DNA of 64,000 nt from Eledone cirrhosa (Eukaryota): NCBI GenBank assembly GCA_964016885.1, contig OZ024740.1, forward strand, positions 175,770,001 to 175,834,000, read 5' to 3'. How positions within the stretch are numbered: position 1 is the stretch's first letter; every line of letters begins with the position of its first letter. Shown here piece after piece: positions 52,561 to 64,000 of the stretch. The notes under the pieces were generated by a model that saw nothing but the letters and a program-made list of their open reading frames with translations, was not told the origin of the DNA and made no database searches. The position numbers and the translations under genes are program-made.

Positions 52561-53537
52561 AGTAATAATAATAAATTTGAAGACTAAAATGCAAAGAGGG
52601 CTCGATAAGGATAAATATATATCAAATATATAAGAACCGTAGAGCAAATATTTATTAAAATAACAGATTAAAGTTTAAGCAAAGAATCGCTGCTTTCACC
52701 CTTAACGGGATCTTCTGAAACTAACAAAGTCAATCTGTAAACGCAGAAGTGGATATTTCAAAAAAACGTTGCAACCGGAGGAAGACAGGAAGACGATACT
52801 TTGGTTCGTGGAAACGTTCCCTGGCAAAGAACGGGAAAAACGAATATAATACGTCATTAATAGAAGCGGTGAAAAACAATTACGCGCAAAGACAGAACCA
52901 CGTTTATGGTATAAAAGAAGTCGTAGACTAATGTTCTATTAGGTGGTTCATAGAGACGTTCTCTGGCAATAGACGGAAAAAACGAAGATAATACGTCATA
53001 TGTGGAGCGTGGAGCATAATTGCACGCAAAGACAAAACCACGTAAATGCTGAAGTCGTAGACTAAATTCTAACTAGGAAACCGAATGAATCTCCGCTTCA
53101 GAGTTAAGAATAAAGTAAATAAATACAATACAGAGGTAATAGAAATTAAATAAATGCATACACGCATGCAAATACGTACATACACAAGCATACGCAAAAC
53201 ACTTAACATAGGTATACAAAACCACGCACATATAAATATGTGTGTGTGTGCGTGTATACAAATAAATAAACAATTAAATAAACGTATATAAATAAATAAA
53301 TACGTATATAACAAGCGCACACACATACCTACATGTAAATACACAAATGTTCGGAGACGTAAGTCAACCAAAACATGAAGTACACATATACACACACCCT
53401 ACATACGTACGAACCTGCATACTCACGCAGACGCAAAACTCCCGTATAAACATGACTTTGTTAGTTTCAGAAGATGCCGTTAAGGGTGAAAGCAGCGATT
53501 CTTTGCTTAAACTTTAATCTGTTATTTTAATAAATAT
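52561..53537 (-). mobile_element. Non-coding fold-back element in (TA)n with 85-bp inverted arms and an internal ~135-bp tandem duplication
   Basis: 52648-52732 is the reverse complement of 53453-53537 (1 mismatch). Tandem units at ~52803-52938 and ~52945-53071. A miniature copy lies at 57409-57498. Confidence 0.8.
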
Positions 53538-53602
53538 ATATATATATATTAAACTTAGCACTACTGTCCAGTAGTGCTAAGTTTAATATTCTGATCGCAG
53601 AC

Positions 53603-54439
53603 TTGGTACGAGTGATGAAGAATGTGTCCAGCATGTGCGACCCAACAGAAATGGAAGGACACATCCAACACTTCATCAACCGCATGCAGTTCTCTGGCTA
53701 CAACCAAAGAGACAGAGTCAGAGTATACGAAGGAGCCATGGAAAAGTATAAGACCCTCATAGAACTGGACATGAAAGGAATTTGCCCACTATACAGGAGC
53801 AAATCATGGAATAGCTTAGATAGGGCTAGACATAAGATAGGGAAGGCCACATCATGGTACGACAACCAGAGATATCAGAGTGTCATGTTTGTGGACGCCA
53901 CCCCTGGAGGGAAATTAGCTAACCAGTGTAGAAAGGCCCTGAGAAAGACCCACTTAAAAATAAAGGTGGTAGAAAAGCCAGGAACCACCATAAAATCCCT
54001 GATCAGCAAAACCTACCCTTTTAAGAAAACCCACTGTACCAATAGGAAATGTATCATATGTAAGGTGAACCCCCGGATAAACTGTAAAACTAGAAACGTA
54101 GTCTATAGCATAAGATGTACAGAGGGTACTTGCAGAAACATGACAACAACATATATAGGTGAGACAGCTCGTAGCATAGGTGAAAGGATAGACCAACAGT
54201 GGGGGGAACTAAAAGGACGAAAAAACGGGTCAGTACTATACGAACATGCTAGACAACAACATGACGGTAACATAGACAACATAGAAATTAGAATAATATC
54301 TAAACATAGGAATGACCCAGCAGATAGGCAAATCAGAGAGGCCAGTGAAATAGAAATTAGAAGACCAAAGCTAAACAGAAAGAATGAGTGGAACAACAAC
54401 AACACCCAAACAAACAACACTGACCTAAGAGAAGTATAA
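53603..54439 (+). CDS. C-terminal part of a PLE polyprotein: post-RT region, Cys-rich linker and GIY-YIG endonuclease (uninterrupted)
   Basis: CTNRKCIIC..NCKTRNVVYSIRC..C..YIGETARSIGER..H...H..REASEI...KLN. No true start because the element is truncated. Confidence 0.9.
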   Translation: MVRVMKNVSSMCDPTEMEGHIQHFINRMQFSGYNQRDRVRVYEGAMEKYKTLIELDMKGICPLYRSKSWNSLDRARHKIGKATSWYDNQRYQSVMFVDATPGGKLANQCRKALRKTHLKIKVVEKPGTTIKSLISKTYPFKKTHCTNRKCIICKVNPRINCKTRNVVYSIRCTEGTCRNMTTTYIGETARSIGERIDQQWGELKGRKNGSVLYEHARQQHDGNIDNIEIRIISKHRNDPADRQIREASEIEIRRPKLNRKNEWNNNNTQTNNTDLREV

Positions 54440-54721
54440 ATAAGTAAATAAAATAAAATAAAATAAGATAAATAAATACATACACAAGCACAATAACAAC
54501 AAGCACATAAACACACACTAGTCACCCAGCAGATACAACACTATACACACTAGTCACACATCACACATAACACTATACACACACGCAAACGCATGCGCAA
54601 AGAAGACTAAATAAAATAAGATAAACAAACAAGCAAATAAATAAATAAATAAATATATAGACAGACTGAATAAAAAAAATGGCGTAGACATACAACACAA
54701 CAGGAGGAACAATGAATATAA

Positions 54722-54763
54722 CACCACTGACGATGTTGCAGATGTGCAACGAAAGATTTATGT
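54722..54763 (+). ncRNA. Minimal PLE hammerhead-like motif, weak stem I
   Basis: CTGACGA-T-GTTGCA(GATG)TGCAAC-GAAAG-AT-TTA. Confidence 0.6.
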
Positions 54764-54968
54764 AAATTATGTAAACTATATATATGTGTTTGTGTCTATA
54801 TTGTATCTGTATTATTTTTGACCGTCGGTCAGTCAATGGCAACATTGAGGACCGAGTAAGTTAGACCGCAGATATAAAAGACAGCGAGAAGCGAAAACCA
54901 ACCAAACAGTGAGTGTGTTCTGTTATTAATTCTGGCAATATTACGCAAATATGACCCTCCCCAAATAT

Positions 54969-55007
<39 letters not shown>

Positions 55008-55010
55008 CGT

Positions 55011-55053
<43 letters not shown>

Positions 55054-55591
55054 TGTACATATGTGTGTGTGCGGGTGAAAGTATTTATGTATGAATGTAT
55101 GTGTGTTGGTTTGTTTATATATATAGTTTTGGAGGTCCAGCGATTTTATCGTTTCATAAAATGCAACACAAGTCGACATATGTGCAGGAACCCAACCAAC
55201 ACTCAATGATATTTGAAATGACCTCGCCTTATCAAAGTGACAAAATTTAAATCCATTCTGAATGAGCTGGGGACAGAATTCATAGACAGCGGATAGAATT
55301 TGAATAGAAAATTGCAACAAGTACTCAGGATAAAATAAATTTGCCGGGTTCAAGCTTCAAGCTGCATATGTCGAGAAATGCATAATTACATAATTGCAGT
55401 AGAGGCAGAAGACAGCAAAACAACTTAAGATAGATGTAATTTAACTAACAGTTGTTATCCCAGAGGCCTGCAGATATAGTCGTGGTTCGTAAGATAGATA
55501 CTAAACGACGATATACAAGTGAATACAAGAGGTAGCCGTCGGAATATGTCCCGTTGCCTGTATTAGTAGGAAAACAGTGGGTTTATATATT

Positions 55592-55902
<311 letters not shown>

Positions 55903-56199
55903 TGTGTGCGTGTGTGCGTGCGTGTAAGCGCGCGTGTGTGTATGTGTGTGTGAGCGCGCGTGTAAATCTCGAGTTAATTCGGGGGTAACCACAATTAATA
56001 AAGTACGCAAGGTAATAAGGTAATAAGGTAGAGTATAAACATAATTATTTAATATAGAAATGGCCTATACAGGACTAGAGCTGTTTCATTCGCATGGAAT
56101 CATCAGGAATGCTTTCCTGATGGTATCATACAAACAATCAACCAAATATAGTGTTATCAAGAATAAGCACTCCACGCCATGGCTATCCGCAAGACATTA

Positions 56200-56380
56200 T
56201 TGGCAGTATCGGTAGAGGGTCGGACGCCATGCTTTGACGCATAGAGTTACGGCCCCCATCATTCTGAGTTCAAATTCCGCCGAGGTTAACTTTGCCTTTC
56301 ATCCTTACGGGGTCGATAAAATAAAGTACCAGTAATGTACTGGGTAATTGCTGGCCTTGTGCCAAAAGTAGAAACAATTA
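56200..56380 (+). mobile_element. Family A SINE; another copy at 56633-56790 (-)
   Basis: A-box TGGCAGTATCGG, B-box GAGTTCAAATTCC, core and tail. Confidence 0.9.
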
Positions 56381-56911
56381 CTTGTATTAAATAAGAAGAG
56401 AGGCGATTTTACATATTCAACTTCAGTTTATTTTTCACATCACATCCTTTATGTACATTTCAAAGGCATTAAAATGTCCTTATGTAATAGTTATATAATA
56501 CATTGTTGCCTGACTGGTGCTGGAATGGTAAAAATTGCCTGCTTTAACCCGAATAAATAACATCCCTCCATCAGCCGGCATATCAAACACGAAAAAACAA
56601 AACATTGTTTACATTTTCTGCACCTGTCTGATAATTATTTCTACTTTAGACACAAAGCCACCAATTTGAAGGGAATCGACTCCAGTGCTTACTGGTACTT
56701 TATTTTATCGAGCCCGTAAGGATGAAAGGCCAAGCTAACCTCGACGGGACTTGAACTCAGAACGTAAAGGGCAGAACAACAATGCTTTGAATAAGTATTA
56801 CATAATGACATTTAATACATAACAGGTGTGATGTAATACAATACACTGAAGTGGAATATGTAAAACCGTCTCTCTTCTTACTAATATATATATACACTCA
56901 TTCTCTCTCTC

Positions 56912-57060
<149 letters not shown>

Positions 57061-57166
57061 ATTTCTAAATTCTCTCCTGTTTGTAAACAAGCTCAGCTTT
57101 GTATCTAATATATATGTATATGTATTCATAGGCTATGACTATATAGCTTCAAATTGAATGTAATTC

Positions 57167-57378
57167 AGGGGAGGTGACATATTAGTGTAATGGTTAGCAC
57201 AGTGATCATGATGGCCAAAGACGTGGGTTCGTGTCCATATGTACGTAAATTCTCATCCCTTTTTTCCATTTTGTGGGTTTTTATAACTCCAATAGGCTAA
57301 TTTACTTAGTCAAAAAAACCACGGAAGCACTATCTAATTTTCAAATTCCGCTGTTTGTAAATAAAGCGAAGCTTTGTA

Positions 57379-57385
<7 letters not shown>
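57167..57385 (+). mobile_element. tRNA-headed SINE-like element ending in (TA)n
   Basis: A-box TAGTGTAATGG, B-box-like GGTTCGTGTCC. The 3' end GCTTTGTATCTAATATA also occurs at ~57096-57112. Confidence 0.5.
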
Positions 57386-57408
<23 letters not shown>

Positions 57409-57409
<1 letters not shown>

Positions 57410-57498
57410 GTAATAATAATAAATTTGAAGACTAAAATCCAAAGAGGCGAAAGCAGCGATTCTTTGCTTAAACTTTAATCTGTTATTTTAATAAATAT
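57409..57498. mobile_element. Miniature copy of the 52561-53537 family (both ends only)
   Basis: AGTAATAATAATAAATTTGAAGACTAAAAT joined to GAAAGCAGCGATTC...TAATAAATAT. Confidence 0.85.
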
Positions 57499-57543
57499 AT
57501 ATATATATATACAAGTGGTTACACAACAGTCAGTTCACCATAC

Positions 57544-57581
57544 CGAAAACAATTGTTTCACTTTAGCGGATCCTCAGCTCG
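57544..57581 (-). ncRNA. Minimal hammerhead remnant with eroded stem II
   Basis: CGAG-CUGAGGA-UCCGCUAAAGU-GAAACAAUUGUU/UUCG. Palindromic stem III ACAAUUGU, in an ~80-bp island between TA tracts. Confidence 0.55.
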
Positions 57582-57699
57582 TAATCACTATATATATATA
57601 TATATACACGTTAATAAAGCAAAGAAACCCTTGAAAATGTGGTTAAGCGACATATTAAAATGAGCATACTTTCTAAATTTTCCCTGAATAGGCGTAAGT

Positions 57700-60000
57700 T
57701 TCACACAATCCGACGTTCTAAACAACACTTATACCCCTGCAATATATCTTATCCTTCGATACCCTATAACAGCTAGAAAAGAATTTAACTGTTTATGTAT
57801 AGCATGGTGTGGAAACCTTTGATATATGGAAACAATGGCAACATCGATTACCCAAATACGCTCATTTAAAAATTGTGTTTAAATCGTGGAAACTAACAGC
57901 AATGGAATTTAAAATAAACTTACATAAATGATCTGTTATAGTAATTAGAGAAATAGATATCTTGAATTTGTATTGAAGGTATTCTTTTTTTGCAATTACT
58001 CAATAAGGAAATGTATTACCAATTCTCATCAAACTAGTGAATCAAGCACTTTTGCATGCCATAGCATCACTGGAACATGTTTTAATAATTCGTTGTTGAG
58101 CATTTGTTGATTTGAGAATTATCTTTGTTGAATCTTTACGTTTTACTTCTTGTAACATTCATGGATTCTCTAATTATATTTTATATTTTATTCAACGAAC
58201 ATACGATAAGAGATTTTGATATTAATTGGATCCTGCATTGTATTTGCAGTTCTATCTACAATTTTAAGAAGCCATGTTGAGAATTCATTTTGCCATACTG
58301 CTTCCATGTTTCTAATGAGATCTATTCTGTTATATATTTAAAGTGGCGATCGCTTGATGCATGACTTGATATGAGCATTTGAGCATATTGGAATGATATT
58401 CGCTGTTTGACAGAAATCCCTCCAAAGTTTTATCATTCCTCATAAAATCCTTTAGGAGCCTGTTAGTCATTCTTAGAGAATTGTTGCTTGGCAAGAACGG
58501 TTTCTCGATTATGAAGAGGGAGATCTGTTGGATGAAACTAGAATAAGAAAGAATTTTGCAAGGTGTATGTTGATGCACCCAACATAGGCACGGGAAGAAG
58601 GAAAGGGCTTTTCCTCTTTGCCTCAAGAAGCCTTTTCAAACATTACACAAATAGGTTTTGATAGATCTTCCTGGTCTCACAATAGAAACGATTCTTTCCT
58701 CAGACGTACCATCATTGAGTGTAGTCATTATAATTCAAATAGTTCTAATAGGTTTAAAGCTATTCTATTAGCTCTAAGTTCCGGACTTGCATCAGTTTCG
58801 TCCACTTCTGCTAGTTCATCTAAATGTTTTTAATATCTTTCAAGTATTCCTTTCTTGATATTCACAAAGAATCTCCTAGGTCGACGAAGTCCTCCATTAA
58901 CCTTTCTTCAAACTGCATAATTGCTTTCTTTCTTTGATTGTTTATAGGACATATCAAAGAACAGATATAGCTGATATGAGATAGAATTTGTCAGTCGAAG
59001 CTTCAGCAATACATTTAACCAATTCATTGTTATTGTTTATTACATTTCGTCATTTAACAGTATCTTTAAAAGTTGCGTCAATAATTCCATCCACTGTTCC
59101 CTGATACTCGAAGTTACCAGTTGCTTTCACGTTCGTCAATAATATTCTGAGTTTTAAGTGTTAAGATTATTTAGCACTGACAGTATATATTCTTGAAATA
59201 GTTTACTGGAGCCGCAAAACCTAAATTTCCATAAAGGTATGAAATTAGCAAATAAAGTATCCCTCACACCACATATCTTGTTGACTGAAGAGGAAACATG
59301 CTGTCAGGTGTGTAAATTTTCGATTAGAGGTTTGCCTCATCTTTCCTTCAGTAACGTGTGCATTCTTTATTTCCCAAATAAACTGTCATTGGTACAATTG
59401 AATATAATTTGTCATGCATTGTTCTCTAAGAGTCATTGCTTCCCTTCGGCGCATTAATGTTTCTGGTATTTAAGTGCTGCGAATTTTCATCCTGAACAAT
59501 TCTTCGATACTTATTAATTTCGTCAATTTGAACATTCTCGCAATGAAGGTACTAATGCATACATCTGAAGATATATTCGACAGATTTTACTGATTTTACT
59601 GTTATATTCATATGACAGTTAATTATCTGAGTTATTTGTTGCAAAAGACCACATAACCACTGTCAATTGTATGCTTGTCAATTTGCACAGTAATATTTAG
59701 TTTTCTGCACAGAGGATAGCCGTTAACATTTGCTTGAATATACTTCTTGACTTCTTTGGGGAAGGCTTTTTACCTTCATTACTCTCTATGCTTATTGCAT
59801 TAGGATTTAGGTTGCCAAGCGGAACATGGATAAAGTGGTTCTTAATTGTTTCGGCTCAGTATGTATATCTGGTATTTCTGTGCACCCAATTTCGTCAGTT
59901 TTCCCTGGTCATCAAATGTATTTTCTTTGTCCATACAATAGCAATATGCTGTAACATTCCTTAAAATATCATTTTCTGTGTGTCGTTTAATAATTTTGTC
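57700..60000 (-). pseudogene. Very old LINE remnant (RTE-like RT)
   Basis: Ordered degenerate motifs KPICVMFEKA (cf. F.DFEKAFD), SLFIIE and GGISVKQ..QYA. Boundaries are uncertain. Confidence 0.35.
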
Positions 60001-61352
60001 CAGGGGGGGGGGGGTCTTGTACTCTCAGTCGCTTCACGTCATGAAACCGGGATAAGCACCGACCAAATGAGCCTTCTGGCTTAAGACAGACTTTTAGACT
60101 TTAGAAAGCTAAATATTATATTAATCTAAATATTATTGCCCCAATAGTTGGTCTGTCTCCGGGGAATGTGTTCAAGAAAGAAATAATCTCTAATTTCATC
60201 ATGCATGTAATGGTAGTAAATAAATCTAATTTTCCAAATGTTCTCACCATAGCTATGCTATCATCGTAACGTTCACTTATACCACCTTATCTTTCCAATG
60301 ATGATAGCGATATAATCCTACATATTACATCATGTCCTCTTCTTCTCTAACATTTTCTTGTTGATATTTCACATACTAGAAATTATTTGCCGTAGTTTGA
60401 GGATGAGTTAACAGCCCATGGTTGAAATAATTGTTCATCGTATAGAAATGGACTGTATTCTTCTTTTAGTACTATTTGGGTAACATTGTATTGCAATATG
60501 CTAATATTAGTGCTATTATAGTTAAATATTTCCTGACTGCCGTACTGATTTTCTATAGGAATAAAATAATTTGTAAATCATTAGGCTAATCAGTATGTTA
60601 AAATTGATGAAAGGAGTTTCATGATTTTGAGGATAAACACGACTGTTACGTTCAAAGGTTCACTGTCAATATTCTTCAAAAGATCATTGCCGCAGTTGGT
60701 AAATTATGACGAATTTGTTCATTGTTTCAGTCTCTATTGTATACCATATTAACAACTGACAATTTAAACGCAAAAGCATAAACATTATTTGATCTAAATT
60801 AGTCAGAATTTATGTGATGTATTTTCCATTAGACTGATTCTGTAATTTAATATCACTGCATATTTTCGAATCAACTTCGTCAAGTTTGGCAAATTTCAGA
60901 AATTCTCTTCCATTATGATGCGTACTGCTGGTGCGACGATAGAGTCATGGGGGTGAAAACAATATGCTCTACGACCTGGAATATCAGATATCTGAACTAC
61001 TAGTGAAGCAAAAAGAAGTGCTGAGTTGTACACTTTCATGTATTTGCAATTAGGATTAATATGGTTGCTTATTAAATTAGGAATATTATTTTTCATTAGT
61101 CAACTCATAATATTTTACCTGCATGACAGCTGTTATTTAATTTACTACCTGAGAAACGTTCTGATTAAAAATGTTAGATTCTACAAATTTAATATATCTT
61201 AATATAAATAATATAGAAAATTTCCAAGTCAAAATGTATCGGTGTTGCCTTTATTATTTTGAACTCTTGCATGTCGTGTATATTCAATAGTATTTATACA
61301 TCTTTGAATTCTATTGATAATATATGTAAATCTGTCTTAAAGCATAGGTATC

Positions 61353-61680
61353 CAGGGTAGTTGCACGTGCGCCCATTAGGTATAGGGGCCCCATGTAAAT
61401 CTATGTATGCTGCGATTGTGTATGCAGTGATTCCAATGTGCTTGCCTTTGGCTTAATGGTAATTTATGTATGCTGTGGCTGTGTATGTTCAAGCTGCAGT
61501 GCATTGCTTTGCGAAGGCGAGGGGCACTGGTTCTATAAGCTCAATGCTAATCTACATATACTGTGGTTGTGTATATAGGGCCGCTAGGGCATTGATATGC
61601 TCAGGGGCCTATATTGCTGTTAAGACGACTTTGAATACTATATTGCTGTTAAGACGACTTTGCTGTTAAGACGGCTTTGA
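61353..61680. mobile_element. hAT-like MITE remnant with triplicated right end
   Basis: CAGGG start, GGGGCC motifs, and GCTGTTAAGACG(A/G)CTTTG three times. Confidence 0.5.
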
Positions 61681-63205
61681 TAACGCCCCCCGCTCCCAAC
61701 TAACAATTAATCTTTCATTTAATCGCCTTCGTTTTTTTGTACTAACTTTGTCGTTGTGATTCACTTGATATTTCAATTATTTTTATTCTTTCTGTCTTGA
61801 CTCTTATATCTCTATCTTGTTTTTGTGCGGTCGTTCTGCAGCAATGTTCCTGCCAAGTGTTTACTTCTTATGATAGTCTCCAATATTTCTCTAGTTTGAT
61901 GCCTGTGACTGAAAATGGTTTCGCCTGTTTGACTAGTAAATGACCTACTATTTATTATAAAATTCCGAATTAAGTCTTACTTTTATAGGGCTTTTCATTA
62001 ATATATATATTGTATTCCCTTCCCACGCCAGTCGCCGCCTTCTTTCCTCCAAATCTCCCATGCATATTAAGAATGAACACTTTTGAAATTGAAATTTATT
62101 CACCTTCTTTCATCTAAATCTTCCATGTACGCTAAAATTTAACTTTCAAAATAGGATTTAATTGAACAGTCTATTATAGAGCGATACATCTTATAAACTG
62201 CCTAATATATATGTCAATTTCCAATCGTTTTACGTGATAGACTAAGTAAAAATTAAATTAAATTAATATAAAAACTGAAATTAGAAATCAATAATATACT
62301 AATCTATACACCGTAGTTGTATAAAAGAAAATATAAAAATATATAAACTTTCTTGCCACATTATTTAAACGAGTTGAATTCATATATTTTCATTGATGTC
62401 AAAGAAAAAAAAAAAGATAATAGGTTTTGTGGAACAAACCTGGTGGTGAGAAATGAGTGATAGGCAGAAGTAAGTATAATTAGGTAACAAAAAGAGTGAA
62501 AGAGCACAACTAGCAATGTGAGTGGGTGCATGTGTATTATCTGATCTTACTATATGAATTACATTTACTCACTTTGGTTCTATATTACTCAAGCCCCATC
62601 CCACCCCATCCGCCGCCCACAAACGCTATCTCTCCAGGCGTCTCTATCTGAATATAAATTTATATGTAACTTAATTACAGCCTTGATAGAAGTGGATACT
62701 TAATGAAAATTCTCCATTTCAATTTATCACCCTGTGTTTATCTATGTACATGAGTTTGTATGTATGTTCTTCTAGTTTTATAATTTTATAAATTTTTTAC
62801 CAATAGAGAGAGAGAGAGTCGGGTTCTAACATAGATGCAAGACTGGAATTTACACAATGTCAACTAGGTAGAATATGTCTGCATGTCTGCATACATGCAT
62901 GTGTGTGCAGGTATGGATGTTATTGTATATGTGGTTGTTGATGTTTTGAGTTATATGTGTACATCTACACATGCTTTGTATCTGTACATGTGTACATGCA
63001 GTCATTAGATGCAGAATTTTTGGAACGTTTGTATGTATGTCTGTATGTTGCGCACAGACTTTCCTCACTTTAAAAAAATTTTCACGCACAGGCATTGCAT
63101 TATTTGATAATTATTAATAATGTTATATCGTGCATTATTTGATAATTATTAATAATGTTATATCGTGCAGTGGCCATACTCGATAACGAGGAGCAGCCAT
63201 CATGA

Positions 63206-63280
63206 ATGTATGTATGTATGTATGTATGTATGTATGTATGTATGTATGTATGTATGTATGTATGTATGTATGTATGTATG
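63206..63280. repeat. (TATG)n microsatellite
   Basis: Direct inspection. Confidence 0.95.
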
Positions 63281-63504
63281 TTATGTGTCTGTAAAAAGTG
63301 AACTTAAGCATTCGCCTCATATTTCAACTCATGTATTTATCCTCTTCTACCCTTTCATTCAGAATATCACCTTCTTCCTCAACAAATACGTATATGCGAT
63401 ACGTAAGCCATGCCCGTATGAAACAAAATGTTTTCAACGGTTTTGGTCACCAAATATCCAGACACCCACGAATAACCACGGATGACATGATCCAAGACCA
63501 CCAG

Positions 63505-63771
63505 GTAAGAGTGTTGGACTTACGATCATAATGTCGTGGGTTTGATTCGAAGGGCTGCGTGTTGTGTTCTTGAGCAAAAAACACTTCATTTCACGTTGCT
63601 CCAGTATACTCAGCTGAAAATGAGTACCAGCAATAGCTGCAAATTTAACCCTGCGATGGACTGGCGTGCTGTCCAGGGGGAGTCTTGTACTCTCTGTCGC
63701 TTCACGCCATGAAACCGGGATAAGCACCGGCCAAATGAGTCTTCTGGCTTAAGACAGACTTTCAGACTTTC
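63505..63771 (+). mobile_element. tRNA-derived SINE with a V-domain-like core; 3' fragment also at ~59997-60102
   Basis: Degenerate B-box GGTTTGATTC, CCCTGCGATGGACTGGCG..GTCCAGGG, and a (CAGACTTT)n tail. Confidence 0.75.
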
Positions 63772-64000
63772 AGATATATATAGGGAGATTGTGTATGTTC
63801 TGTGTATTTTCCTCCCACATTCTTTAAAAGAGAATTTCTAACCCAATGAACATATTGGTCGAGAGTGGATTAACAGAGACCAGATGCTGGAGAACTGCAT
63901 GGATATCATTCAGACTAATCGATATTTCTAAATAATTTCGTTTCGGTTTAATTAACAGTTAATGATTATCGGCCAGGAGCTAGTGAAACAAGAAATGGAA

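Larger units (their letters stand above)
53546..54974 (+). mobile_element. 5'-truncated Penelope-like retroelement in (TA)n
   Basis: GIY-YIG ORF, 3' UTR with an HHR-like core, a 21-bp hairpin at the 5' junction, and TA tracts on both sides. Confidence 0.92.

Noticed and set aside
53466-53505. Active hammerhead in the 52.6-53.5 kb arms
   Set aside because: The core reads CAGAAGA and stems I and III do not form. Kept only as a degenerate motif.
55210-55290. Tc1/mariner SPDLNPIE-like remnant (NLNPF*MSWG)
   Set aside because: Too short and degenerate to support.
57167-57245. tRNA gene (also the family A SINE heads)
   Set aside because: A and B boxes are present but there is no complete cloverleaf; these are tRNA-derived SINE heads.
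63100-63168. 35-bp tandem duplication
   Set aside because: Real but ordinary local slippage next to a retroelement tail.

Overview
AT-rich, microsatellite-dense animal DNA. The SINE complement points to an octopod cephalopod (inference from recalled repeat motifs, not a database search). No host gene can be called with confidence. The window holds two decayed Tx1/L1-clade LINEs lying tail-to-tail (1-3253 +, 5780-11490 -), the 3' part of a Penelope-like element (PLE) with a GIY-YIG domain (53546-54974), decayed RTE, R4/Dong and CR1/jockey-like fragments, many tRNA-derived SINEs, hAT-like MITE remnants and a ~9.3 kb 18-bp minisatellite. The standout signal is a set of hammerhead-ribozyme (HHR) elements inserted in (TA)n tracts as fold-back structures. 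The best is a ~320-nt tandem and inverted retrozyme-like array (29348-30379) with three type I HHRs carrying a covarying U3-A8 core (UUGAUAA). Several other small TA-embedded inverted repeats carry whole or half HHRs, often with the inversion point at the ribozyme, next to a PLE whose family could mobilise them. All RNA folds were paired by eye.
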